Below are positions 1 through 10,515 of a DNA stretch of 34,127 nucleotides, in pieces (within the stretch, counting starts at the first letter, position 1; the number at the start of each line of letters is the position of its first letter). The translations under genes were made by a program, and so were the position numbers. The stretch spans positions 1 through 34,127 of the forward strand of contig QPGO01000391.1 in the NCBI GenBank assembly GCA_008632985.1. Direction: 5' to 3'. The notes below the pieces were generated by a model. It did not search any database. It was given only the letters and a program-made list of their open reading frames with translations, and was not told the origin of the DNA. This DNA comes from Psammoneis japonica (taxonomy: Eukaryota).

Positions 1-538
1 TCCAAAGAGAGAGCTTTTGCAATGTCGAGTTGGTTGCGAGTGCCGTTGCGAGCGCTTCTGCACTGTCATCACCAATTTGGTTGACGCCAAGATGGAGCTC
101 TTTCAATGTGGAGTTGGTTGCAAGTGCCGTGGCAAGCGCTGTTGCACCAACGTCACCGATTTGGTTGCCACCAAGATGGAGCTCTTTCAATGTCGAGTTG
201 GTTGCGAGTGCCGTTGCGAGCGCTCTCACACCGGCGTCACCAATTTGGTTGCGGCCAAGACGGAGCACTTGCAATGTCGAGTTGGTTGCAAGTGCCGATG
301 CGAGCGCTTTTGCACCGTCGACACCAATTAAGTTATCGCCCAGATCTAGCCATGTCAATGTGGAGTTAGTTTCGAGTGCCTTTGCGAGAGCCCTTGCACC
401 GTCGTCATCAATTTGGTTGTTCCGAAGATTGAGCCTTGTCAATGTGGGATCATTTTCCCGGAGACGACGGCAGGTTTCGTCGAGTTTCACGGGACCATTT
501 ATTTCCGGGAGAAAACGGAAGGCTTGCTCGAGCATCAT
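1..538 (-). CDS. Leucine-rich repeat protein, ribonuclease-inhibitor-like/NLRC3-like 28-aa repeats (5' part; runs off the window start)
   Basis: Manual minus-strand translation from ATG 538 (in-frame TGA upstream at 554-556): MMLEQAFRFLPEINGPVKLDETCRRLRENDPTLTRLNLRNNQIDDDGARALAKALETNSTLTWLDLGDNLIGVDGAKALASALATNSTLQVLRLGRNQIGDAGVRALATALATNSTLKELHLGGNQIGDVGATALA... Open to base 1, so absent from the ORF track. Confidence 0.9.
   Translation of the reverse strand, partial: MMLEQAFRFLPEINGPVKLDETCRRLRENDPTLTRLNLRNNQIDDDGARALAKALETNSTLTWLDLGDNLIGVDGAKALASALATNSTLQVLRLGRNQIGDAGVRALATALATNSTLKELHLGGNQIGDVGATALATALATNSTLKELHLGVNQIGDDSAEALATALATNSTLQKLSLW
17..450. repeat. 84-bp coding tandem repeat (about 5 LRR units)
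   Basis: caatgt(c/g)gagtt motif recurs in units starting near 17, 101, 185, 269, 353 and (degenerate) 437; 84 bp = 28 aa. Confidence 0.9.
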
Positions 539-1004
539 GCTGCTGTTGCAAAATCACGCATGCATCCGCACACGCAACCAAACACGAAGAGCCAAGCACA
601 ACAGCAACACGAATGGATTGTTTGCAAGTGTGGTTGCTTTTTCCAAAGGGAGTCAATGTAATGCAAGCAACGAAATGATGCACGAATGTGGAGACAGCGA
701 CAACAACGATGCTTTGTGCAAAAAAGAACAACAGCAATCGACGATCGATCCGCGACTCCTCGCTCTTGATCGTGCTTTTCCATTTTTTTCGAAATTTTTG
801 ATTTTTGGATCCAAAAGATCGCAACCATAAGTGTCCCTTGAAGTTCAGGTTAGTACAAAATCACGTTCAAACGCACGTAGGATTCAGAAGGAAGCCGAGC
901 GAAGTTCGAGATCGTCATCGTCCGTGCGTGTGTGCTGAAGACCGTTTCTTCCGGATTCATTGACGGAAGCAAAGCATGACAGTTGCAACAAGCAGCGCCG
1001 GTCG

Positions 1005-1063
1005 CAAGAGTTGCAGCAGCACTCGCAAGAGCTGCAGCAGTGGTGCAAGAGTTGCAGCAGTCG
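1005..1063. repeat. Short 20-21 bp tandem repeat, 3 copies
   Basis: caagag(t/c)tgcagcag at 1005, 1026, 1046. Confidence 0.7.
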
Positions 1064-3402
1064 CAACTGCACTGCAGCAGCAGTCACACTTGCATGCCCC
1101 ATGGAACATGCTGGTGACAACTGAAGTCAGAAGCAGCACCATCACATGGAGATGAGCTCGCGGCAAAAGTGGCGACTGCAACACAACAAAATCATGATGA
1201 CATCAATGGAAGATGATCACAGAATGCTGCCACTGCTGCTTTCACTGATGGCAAGCCAAGCATGCTCATTTTTGAAACTCTTTGTCTGGGTTCTGCAGTT
1301 GTTTGAGCTGCCCAGCTGCTCAAACACCGCCAACTCCCATGCCGCACAGCTGCTCCAGCTCCATCTGCTCCCTGGTGTGCCGCCCAGCTGCAAAATTTCA
1401 ACAATCTGAGCTGCCTTTGAGGGCTTGTAAACTCTGTCACAATGCCCACCACCCCCTTTTTTGTCAAACATTCATCATTTTTGCTGGCGGCAAGCCTGAT
1501 GTTTGCATTCCTGCTTGTTGCTTGCAAGCTCAAATTTGCACAGACATGCTCCAGAGTGTGTCTGTTTATTTTTGCACCTTTTGCAACAGTCACATTGCCA
1601 GGTGATGTTGTTTGCCAGCCCTGACATGCTCTTTTGAAGACACAAAATGTTTGCCATGCCTGCGGGCTTGGTGGAGAAAGGTTGGGGGCACATTTTGCAG
1701 GCGCAAACATCGCGCAGCAGAATTTAAAGTGTCTCTGGAGGGGGTCTGTGCATTGGGCAGGGACATCTGGACATTGACACACACTGCATTTGGCAATCAA
1801 TGCCAGTGTGTTACATTTTTTCAATGACAACATGTGAAAAATGCACATGCTCAGCATGTCAAGCACTGCTCAACATGAAGAACCCACACGCGGCGGCACA
1901 CCTTCAGACAAAAATGTTTGACATTTCAAATTTTTGACAACTTGTTGAAGTGTGCTCCATCAACAACTGTGAACTCATCATGACACTGACGTGCATCTTG
2001 CAATCAGTTTCACATGTGTGTGCAGCTGAGATGTTCAGTTTTTGCCCATCGCTTTTTGACCACATGAGTCAACAATGAGCCGTCACACTCTCACATGTCA
2101 TTTTCTGCCATGCACAAGTTCACAAGATGTGACATGTTGTTGATTGTTGTGGCTCTTCAAGGTGGCCTGACACTGTTGAGAAAACTGCAACAGCAGAGTT
2201 GCCATGGTGAGGTTGTTTCTGTGGCTTCAGGCTGCAGCATGCAAGTGACAAATTTGCACTGAATCTGAGTTGTGCTTGTCAAGTTGCCATGGCTGCTGCT
2301 TTGTGCATCATGTGCCCACCATTCTTGGTGGCAGGGCTGGCAGCAAAAAATCATAATTTGGCAAAAAATGCTGAGGTTGCAATGGAAATTTGGGTGTCTG
2401 CAGCAGTTGAAAGCACTCCTGTTCTTGGAAGTGCAAATCAACACCTCACCGGGAAGTGACCTCTTGGTTCTCATTGGCCATCTCAATGTGGCAACTTGCC
2501 TTGTTGCAACATGGCAAGAGACAACATTGCCACAGTTGATGGCAACAAAAATGAGCTTGATGGGGGGCTCAAATTTTCTGCAGATGTGATGCAGTTTTTT
2601 GGCATGCATTGCAAAGTGAGACCTGCAATGGAGACAGGTCTGTTCTGCAAGGTCTGGCAAACAAGTTGGTCATGAAACTTGACAAGAGCAAGGTTCTCCT
2701 ACATCAGAAGTCCGTGGTGATCTGGGAAGAGACTGCCTGGACCAAAGTTGTGCCAGACACAAGCCTGCAGCTCTTTTTTGAACAAGTTGTCCTTGTTTGC
2801 ATCTCCTCAGCCCATTGTGTGTGACCTCTTTCCCAGTCAGCCCTGCTGCAACACGGCCAAACAAAGATGCAGTCTTGCTCCCCTGCAACTTTGCTCCAAG
2901 CGGCACATGGCAATCATTTTTGGATCGGACAAAGCAGGCCATCTTGACTGCATGCCAACAAATTTGTGGTTCAAAGAGCCTCAATGTGTCAGGTCTTTGT
3001 CATCATTTTCTCCCCTCCCACTTCTTGCAACATGAGAAACACACTGTCAAAGTGACTTTTCTGTTGTTTCAAAGCCATCCAATCACCAACCAACAAACAA
3101 AGCCAGCAACAATGAAGTGCTCTCACTTTGCCAAACACCACTGGCCAATTGGAGGCTGCATCGATGTCCACTTTTCCAAAAGGTTTGTGAAATTGCTAGC
3201 CTCAATGGCCTTTTGGGCCTCCCTTGTTGGAGCAAGATAAGGATGGTGATGGCACATGGCACCCATGCCATTGCCAAAAGTGAGTTTTTGTGCCAGACCC
3301 GACATGGCTGTGATGCTGCCAAGGTTTGGCAAAGTCAGCATCTGCAAATTTGTTGGAGCCAAAGGGTTGCCTTTTTTGCCCAGTTTGGCAAGTGTCATCT
3401 TT

Positions 3403-3781
3403 TGCACTGTGCTCGAAGAACGAGTGTAAACGAAAGTAGAATGAAGTTCAAAAAGTGAAAATTATGAGAATTGTTTCTGCGCAATCATTTTGGGTTTCTC
3501 CGAACGGGTTCTCAACAGCCTAAACCTTTTGTGCTGCTCCCACAGACAAAAGGCCTTTTGGAGAATGTGATCGTGACAACAGATTGTCCGGATACGATTG
3601 ACATTGACACACAAGATGTCAACATCATCGCACGATCGCATTTGCGATTCTCGACATCCGATCACTTCTGTGTGATTGATCTGTACTTCGTACGAACCCA
3701 CGATTGACGTGCGATTGAAGTGTGCTTTCATTTGATGTGTGGACACACACACACAGCATGCACATGACAACGCACATTGCA
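3403..3781 (-). repeat. Gypsy 3' LTR (379 bp)
   Basis: Aligns end to end with 8200-8577. Confidence 0.95.
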
Positions 3782-3792
3782 TTCGCCTCCCT
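3782..3792 (-). other. Gypsy polypurine tract
   Basis: AGGGAGGCGAA on the minus strand, directly abutting the 3' LTR. Confidence 0.85.
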
Positions 3793-3807
3793 AATTGCAC
3801 ATTAGAG

Positions 3808-6800
3808 TCAGTTGTCAAACGGTGTTGTTCGACGAATGTTGACAGTGTCAATGACGTTGCCGCATTTGATCTGCACTGTGCCATTGGCATGCACCGTTGT
3901 TGTCACATGCGGTCCAACACAGGGCTGTTCTAATTTTTGCGAGTCTTTCTCAAGTGGCATCTTTTCTCCTGCTCTGCACGTGCAAGGAGTGCGTCGAGCA
4001 TTCTCTCGAGCGTTGTTTTTATTTATGATTTCTTGTTTTCGCTGCTGGATTGATTTCCAGTCCGCGACATGTTGGACGTTAAATGTCATGTCTCCATTGA
4101 AGACTGGTTGTCCTGGTGTGGCTTGCGCAGTGGCATGACACGCAGAACGTGCCGCAAATGCCACTGCTGACAGTGTTCCAGCGAAAGGATCCTCAGCATC
4201 TAGAGGTGTGTGTTGCAAATCAAATGTGCGGAGCATGTTCCCCAGTGCTTGATGTGCGCGTTCAACAATTGCGTTTGCTTGTGGATTTCATGCAGTTACA
4301 GGCTTGACTTTAATGCCATGATCATCTTGCACCATTTCTCTAAATTGGTGTCCGATGAACTCACTTCCATGGTCATGTGTAATTGACGATGACCAAGGAC
4401 ATCTACTTGGCCATGTTCGTTCTAACAGTCCAGCTGCAGTTGTGGACTCCTCATTTGGGATTTCCACAACTTCAAACCATCCGGTTGCTGGATCGATCAT
4501 AGTTAAACATTTCAGGACTAGGGGTTTTTTCTTTCCCTTACGACGTATTTTGTATGGCCCAACAAGGTCCACACATAGTCGTTCCCATGGTGCGGATTCT
4601 GCGCACTTAGGAGGTAAATGTCCATATTTCTTGTGTTTCTTTTTGAATTTTTGGCACGTCTCACATCTCGACACGTATTTTCGTATGTCTTCACGTAAGG
4701 TGGACCACCATAGGTGTTGTGAGATTGTTTCTTCTGTTCGATTTATGCCAGGGTGAAGAAGGTATGCATGATACCAATCTATCACTGCCTTTTGTAACGT
4801 CCTCGGGACGACAATTTTATCCTTATGACATATGAGCAACCGGTCTCGCTCGCCTCCACGAAAAGTCTTCGTATGAAACGTCTTATTTGACAATTGGGAG
4901 AGAATGTCTTTATCCCGTTTTTGTTCATAATCAAGAACTTTGTAATTTAACGGAAAGACATTGTCGTAGGATTTTGGTAGGACCTTTTCAGCTAGCTCTT
5001 CTGTGCTGAGGGTTTCCATAGGTTCTATTTTCTTCATAGTAAGTCGGCTAATCGCGTCTGCGACAATATTTGCCTTGCCCTCAAGGTATATTATTTCGGG
5101 ACTGTATTCTTCTATTATTAGACGCCAACGCATGACTCTGTCCGTTGTGAAATTTTTGTGTGTGAGATTTTTGTGATCCGTATATATATTTATCTGTTGG
5201 CCAAACAGTATATTTCGGAACTCTTTTAACGTCTCCACTATGGACAATAGCTCTTTTTCCGTTGTAGTATAACGCGTCTGCGCTCCATTCAGCTTGCGGC
5301 TGTAGAAGGCAATTGGTTGGTTTTTCTGAGTAATAACCGCCCCCAATTGAGATTTACTAGCATCGGTATATATCTCAAAGGGTATATTAAAATTCGGGTA
5401 TGATAATAGTATATCTTTGGAGATGATGCGCTTCATATTTTCGAAGGCTTTTTGTTCTGTTTCGGTCCATTGCCACTTTACTTGGGTAGAAGTGAGTTTG
5501 GCTAAGGGAGCTAAAACATGAGATCGTCGAGGCCACATGTCTCGACAGCAGTTGATCATACCGATAAAGCGTCGCAATTCCTTGCGAGTTTTAGGAGTTG
5601 CGATCGCGTGAATCGCTTCTGCTTTTTTTGGAATCGGACTGATGCCCTTGCGGGTGATATGAAAGCCTAGATAGTCTACTTCGGGTTTAGCGAAAAAGGA
5701 CTTCTCGGCGTTGACCTTCAATCCGGCTTGTTCTAGGCGTAAGAACACCGTTTCAAGCTTCTTGAGGTGGTCTTGAAAATCACCTTTTGTGAGACACAAC
5801 ACATCGTCAATGTGAGTTCTGACGAACTCCAGACCTGCCATGAGCTCACTCATGTGCTCTTGGAAAATATCTGGAGCTCCACAGATTCCCATCGGGAGTC
5901 TACAGTACTCACATTTGCCCCAAGGCATGACAATCGTGCACAAGCGACGTGCATGCGGCGTCAATTCGACATGATAGCACCCCATGTTTAAATCTAGGGA
6001 CGTCGCATGCATGAAGCCTTCGAGCTTCTGTAGCATATCCTGAATATTGGGTAGAGGAAACGGAGTACGAATTAACCTCTTATTTAGCTCACGAAAGTCG
6101 GATGAGAACCGAACTCTGCCATTTTTCTTGGGTTGAATAAAGGTTGGAGCCGCCCATTCAGAACAATTTATTTTTCTTAAGACTTTCAACTTGCATAGTC
6201 TTTCAACCTCCTTACGAGTAGTCGCCTCCAAGGCTTGTGGTGCGGGAAATGGTTTGGCATGACACGGACTCACGCCCGATTTCAACTTTAAATCCACCGG
6301 TTTCCCGGTCCATTTGCCCAGAGAACCATCGAAAAGGTTTTCAAATCTTTTTAAGAGGAAGTTCAGCTGCTTCTGCTCTTCAGGAGTTAGATGAGTAGCT
6401 GCTGCGGTCACATTATTGAGGTTTGCAGCGTGACAGTCTGAGTCAAGGATCCGATTGACCCTGTCATTAAGACCAATCACTGCATGAGATTCCTCAATGT
6501 GATCGGCAATCAACTTAAAAACATCGGCATCGAAGAGTGCACCAACATTCTTCATAGGAGTAGTTGCATCTTCCCATTTAATTTCTTCATTCGAGAAGTC
6601 CAACATCATCCCAAGACTTGACATTAAGTCGCGTCCCATGATCACATCATAACGACTCGAAGAAGAAGGGGAGTTGTCAACACACACCGTTGTTTCAATC
6701 ATCTTATGTTTGTCAAATTCGGGTAAGGAGAATTGGATCTTACATCGACTGTCAGTCGTGAAGAGCCCTCCTTTGGTTTCCCAGAGTTTGGTGGCGGATA

Positions 6801-7008
6801 CTTTTGTTCTGAGTTTCCGCGTGAATTTGCGCAAAATTATGGTTGACGATGTTCCGCCATCGAGGAGAACGCGCAGAGGCTTATTTTTCGCCTTACCTAA
6901 TGAAGTGTTCATATGGGCGACGACTGCTGGACTAGCATGAATTACTTTGGCCCTTTTTCTGGGCTTCCTAATGTCCAGTAGAGCGCAAGACTCCTCTTGC
7001 GGTGCAAG
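3808..7008 (-). pseudogene. pol: Gypsy pol (protease, RT, RNase H, integrase) with one internal TGA
   Basis: LLDGGTSS (PR); WAAP, DFRELN, LPMG, HIDD (RT); TDAS, EKELL, TDHKNL (RH); HPG..C..C, CVDLVGP, DHGSEF (IN). TGA at 4288-4290 sits in TA*NPQANAIVER and the same frame continues to 3808 with a GPH (GPY/F-like) motif. Confidence 0.95.
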
Positions 7009-8163
7009 TCATTCCTCGGAATCACTGCGCGTCATTTTTTCAAACTGATGATTTTCCTCGTCAAGGGTGTCAGAATCACAATCTTTGCTCTTGTGTTTTT
7101 TGTCATTGTTCGAAGAACTCGCTTTGAGCAATTTTTGAACTGCTTGGATCGCCACAGCATTCAACTCTTCTTTGCGAGCGGCGTTGTCGTTATCGCGACG
7201 AGACCACGTGCGATTGCCATTTGAACGGTGCCGTTTCGGGTCGGGTTCATAGTTCCCACGGCGTTCTTTCGCAAGTCTTTTGATCGACCAGCACTTGTCC
7301 GTGTTATGAGTGGATTTCTCGCATGAAATGCACCACTTCTCGGACTGAGATTTTTCGGCACCATGTTGGTGACCATTTTTGGAACCACGTTGGGAACCAC
7401 TCTTGGCTTTTGATGCAGCACCGCCACTGCCATCAGCCTTGGCATGAATGCCATCAAATGTGTCTTCTGCGACCTCTAGGCGCTCCAAGAACTCAACCAG
7501 CTCGTCACAGGTATGTTTCAAAATTTCGAAACCCTGGACGGTCGACTGACGCTGCCACTTTCGAGGTGCAAGGTTGAAGAGGATGTCCTTGAGCTCGTCG
7601 TCCTCGATCTTCTGTTCCTTCCCAAAGGGAGGATAGAACTTGAGGTCTTCGTTGACTTCTTGGACCCAAGCAGCAATTTCGCGTACTTTCATGGACTCCG
7701 GCTTCTTGAGATCACGACGCAAACAACGTTTCTGCACCGAAAGTGCGTTCTTGGGAAACACATGCCTCGTGAGATGTTGTGGGCATTTCTCGAAGCTTCC
7801 TTCCGCAGATTCGTCTTCAAGGTTCGCTGCCGCATTCTCGAAAGCACGTAGAGCGTCTCCTTGGAGTAACACACGCATGAGACGAAACTCATCAGATTGC
7901 TTCCTGATGTTCTGGCCCACTGAAAGTTGATCGTAGCTCTTGAGAAATTCGATGAACTTGGGGACACCTTGTTTCTTGTAGTGCTCAACATTGATGGTGT
8001 GGGTGCGGCTGTCCTTCTTCTCGGGATGAAAACGTTGCTCCATCTTGAGGTGCTGGCTCGGTTTGAGGCTCTTCGGCTCGGAGTTCGATTCCAGCGGTTG
8101 AGGGACGATTTTCTCCTGCCTTGACGAAGTTTTGGCGTTGGTTGCATGAGGTGAAAGCTTCAT
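7009..8163 (-). CDS. gag: Gypsy gag
   Basis: ORF between the 5' LTR and pol, ATG at 8163 (MKLSPH...), CX2CX4HX4C knuckle CISCEKSTHNTDKC. Confidence 0.9.
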   Translation of the reverse strand: MKLSPHATNAKTSSRQEKIVPQPLESNSEPKSLKPSQHLKMEQRFHPEKKDSRTHTINVEHYKKQGVPKFIEFLKSYDQLSVGQNIRKQSDEFRLMRVLLQGDALRAFENAAANLEDESAEGSFEKCPQHLTRHVFPKNALSVQKRCLRRDLKKPESMKVREIAAWVQEVNEDLKFYPPFGKEQKIEDDELKDILFNLAPRKWQRQSTVQGFEILKHTCDELVEFLERLEVAEDTFDGIHAKADGSGGAASKAKSGSQRGSKNGHQHGAEKSQSEKWCISCEKSTHNTDKCWSIKRLAKERRGNYEPDPKRHRSNGNRTWSRRDNDNAARKEELNAVAIQAVQKLLKASSSNNDKKHKSKDCDSDTLDEENHQFEKMTRSDSEE

Positions 8164-8199
8164 CTTGAACTCATTACCTTCTGTGGTGTGTGTGCACAA

Positions 8200-8577
8200 T
8201 GCACTGTGCTCGAAGAACGAGTGTAAACGAAAGTAGAATGAAGTTCAAAAAGTGAAAATTATGAGAATTATTTCTGCGCAATCATTTTGGGTTTCTCCGA
8301 ACGGGTTCTCAACAGCCAAACCTTTTGCACTGCTCCTACAGACAAAAGGCCTTTTGGAGAATATGATCGTGACAACAGATTGTCCGGATACGATTGACAT
8401 TGACACATAAGATGTCAACATCATCGTACGATCGCATTTGCGATTCTCGACATCCGATCACTTCTGTGTGATTGATCTGTACTTCGTACGAACCCACGAT
8501 TGACGTACGATTGAAACATGCTTTTATTTAATGTACAGACACACACACATGGTACGCACATGACAACGCATGTTGCA
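8200..8577 (-). repeat. Gypsy 5' LTR (378 bp)
   Basis: Direct repeat of 3403-3781. Confidence 0.95.
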
Positions 8578-9160
8578 CTTTAGTGGCAAACACATGAGCG
8601 CAAACAGGACAAATGGGAGAACACAGCATGATGACCAGCTGCCCCTCCTTGAGCGTCACTCTGTGCTGCTTTTCCTGGGATGTTCAAAAGCACACCACCA
8701 CAAAGCTCACAAGTCAATGGCCCGCTCATCATGCACGCCCTTTTTTCCTTCTCTGCAGCTTTCAACATTTTTTGTTGGCTGCTGCCCACATTTTTTGGTG
8801 CTCAGGAAGAACTCTTTTTTGATGCTGGTGCTCAATGTGTCAAATGGAAAGTCTTTTTTGAGGTCCTTGACATCAATGACAGGTGTGTCGTCACAAAGAA
8901 AGGAGGGCGTCATTCTGCTTGCACAGCAATTGGTGTGCTTGCCAGCAGCACACTTGTGCTGATTGACAAAGTTTGTGCCAGCATTTCTGCGCGGAGCATG
9001 CAAGGTCAACAAAGTGAAAAAAATAAAAAAGAAGAGCAGCCAAAAGAAATGACTTGCTGTGACAAATGCTCTGGGGTCGCACGCAAGACAGAGAGCCCCA
9101 CAAGGCTGTGTGGTCATTTTCTGCCAGGCCTCTTGCACAAAGGTTGCAGCAATTTTGATG

Positions 9161-9182
9161 CCCCCCCCCCCCCCCCCCCCCC
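9161..9182. repeat. C22 homopolymer
   Basis: Read directly from the sequence. Confidence 0.9.
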
Positions 9183-10083
9183 TTGGCAGAATTTTGGAAA
9201 ATGACAGCACAAATGATTGCATGAAGGTGCTCAGCCAAGCCAAACAAAGGGGCAAAGCTGCTCACAGGTGCCAAACTTTGAAGGTCTGCACCAGCAGCAT
9301 GGTCACACAAGCAGCAACTGCTTTGTGTTGACACCATCATTGGCTCTTGTTCTTGCTTGCTGAGTTTTGGAGTGGTTGAGTGAGAAGGATGGCAGTCATG
9401 CCACCACCCAGGAACAAACTTCCACTCAGGTCCACACTGCAATTGATCAATGGTTTGTCACAATGCTCCAAGCAAGTCCACGCATTGAAAGCACCCAACT
9501 CAGAGAGCCCAGCATCATTCACAGCAGCAGCAAAGAGTGTCTTTGCTTGTGCCTGACTGGCTCACTCTGCTTGTGCCAACTTCTTCTTTGTCAACTGCCT
9601 CCATCCACCTGCAATGTGCGCATCTGCAAAACTTGCTGGGTGGCACCCCCAAATTGCCTCAGGAGCATTTTAAGAAAGCAGTGCTGGCAATTGCGCTGCA
9701 CTGCAGTGACAAGACTGGCCCTGGCCATGGTGATCAACACAGAGAGAGCTCACAAATGATGAGCCTGCCACTTTGTCATTTGAGTTTCTCATCAGTGCCA
9801 ATCGCACACTGGCAAACAACAGGCGCTCTGCGGTGCGTTTGCCATCTTCGAGCAGCTCGGAGATGGAGGGTGGGGGCAGAACCAAGCAGAGATGAATCCA
9901 ACTTTTAAACATGTGTTTTCTTTAGACAAAAAAATCGTTGTCAACATGCATGCCAAGTTCTTGTGTTTGTGGTGCGAACTTGACTACGGAGTGGTGTCGT
10001 TTCCCCATTGCGTTGTGCCAAGACAATAAAAATGCCATCTGCGCAAGGCAGAGCGACCTGCAAGAACTCCAACCACTCCATTT

Positions 10084-10253
10084 CTAGTCCTTTGGGCGAC
10101 AGGTGGCTGTGAGGAGAAGGGGTTGATGATCGAAATCCATGGCATCAGAAAAGTGCATCATGGCTTTTGTGCAGCAGCCCGCACTCCAGCCGTGCGTGAC
10201 GCACTTTTGGAATTTGCTCTCGAATTTTTGGCCCGAGTTGAGGGGCGGCGATC
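10084..10253 (-). pseudogene. C-terminal fragment of the EEP-family gene interrupted by Copia-1
   Basis: RSPPLNSGQKFESKFQKCVTHGW...FSDAMDFDHQPLLLT* carries the terminal DH-P EEP motif and joins in frame to 16560-17541 once the element and one TSD copy are removed. Confidence 0.85.
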
Positions 10254-10478
10254 TGTTGCAACATCCAGAGAACAGACAACAGACAGAGTGTGTTGACATC
10301 ACAATGGACATGGGGCGATTCTAGGTGCCAGTGCCACAGCTGCTGAAGAGAAAATTGTGAGGAGAGGAGATGCTCTTCGTCTGCTCTCCCAGTTTCCCGA
10401 GTGACGTTTGCACTGATGACGCAAGTCTTTGCAACGGCGGGTCACAATGACTGTCTTGATGATTTGACAATCTTCACA
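10254..10478 (-). repeat. Copia-1 3' LTR
   Basis: Direct repeat of 16335-16559. Confidence 0.95.
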
Positions 10479-10487
10479 CTCCCTCTC
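10479..10487 (-). other. Copia-1 polypurine tract
   Basis: GAGAGGGAG on the minus strand, abutting the 3' LTR. Confidence 0.85.
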
Positions 10488-10515
10488 ATTGTGTCTTGCA
10501 AGTTAAAGTCTGAAC

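Larger units (their letters stand above)
3403..8577 (-). mobile_element. Full-length Ty3/Gypsy LTR retrotransposon (mutated)
   Basis: Direct LTRs with TG..CA ends, 4-bp TSD CTTT (3399-3402, 8578-8581), PPT, gag, and pol in PR-RT-RH-IN order. Confidence 0.97.

Noticed and set aside
17..450. CRISPR-like periodic repeat and plus-strand Cys-rich ORFs (17-331, 30-830)
   Set aside because: The 84-bp period has no unique spacers and encodes LRRs on the minus strand; the plus-strand ORFs are its antisense shadows.
884..3458. Many short Cys/His-rich ORFs resembling metal-binding proteins
   Set aside because: Expected artefacts of TA-to-TG/CA conversion (stop loss, TGY/CAY excess); no recognisable domain.
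8175..8199. Gypsy primer-binding site
   Set aside because: TTGTGCACACACACC has no TGG, no recognisable tRNA match and no clear self-priming complement; too mutated to call.
8582..9900. Possible degraded membrane-protein gene (FFWLLFFFIFFTLL) and G-quadruplex at the C22 run
   Set aside because: No family could be recognised; the homopolymer may be an assembly artefact.
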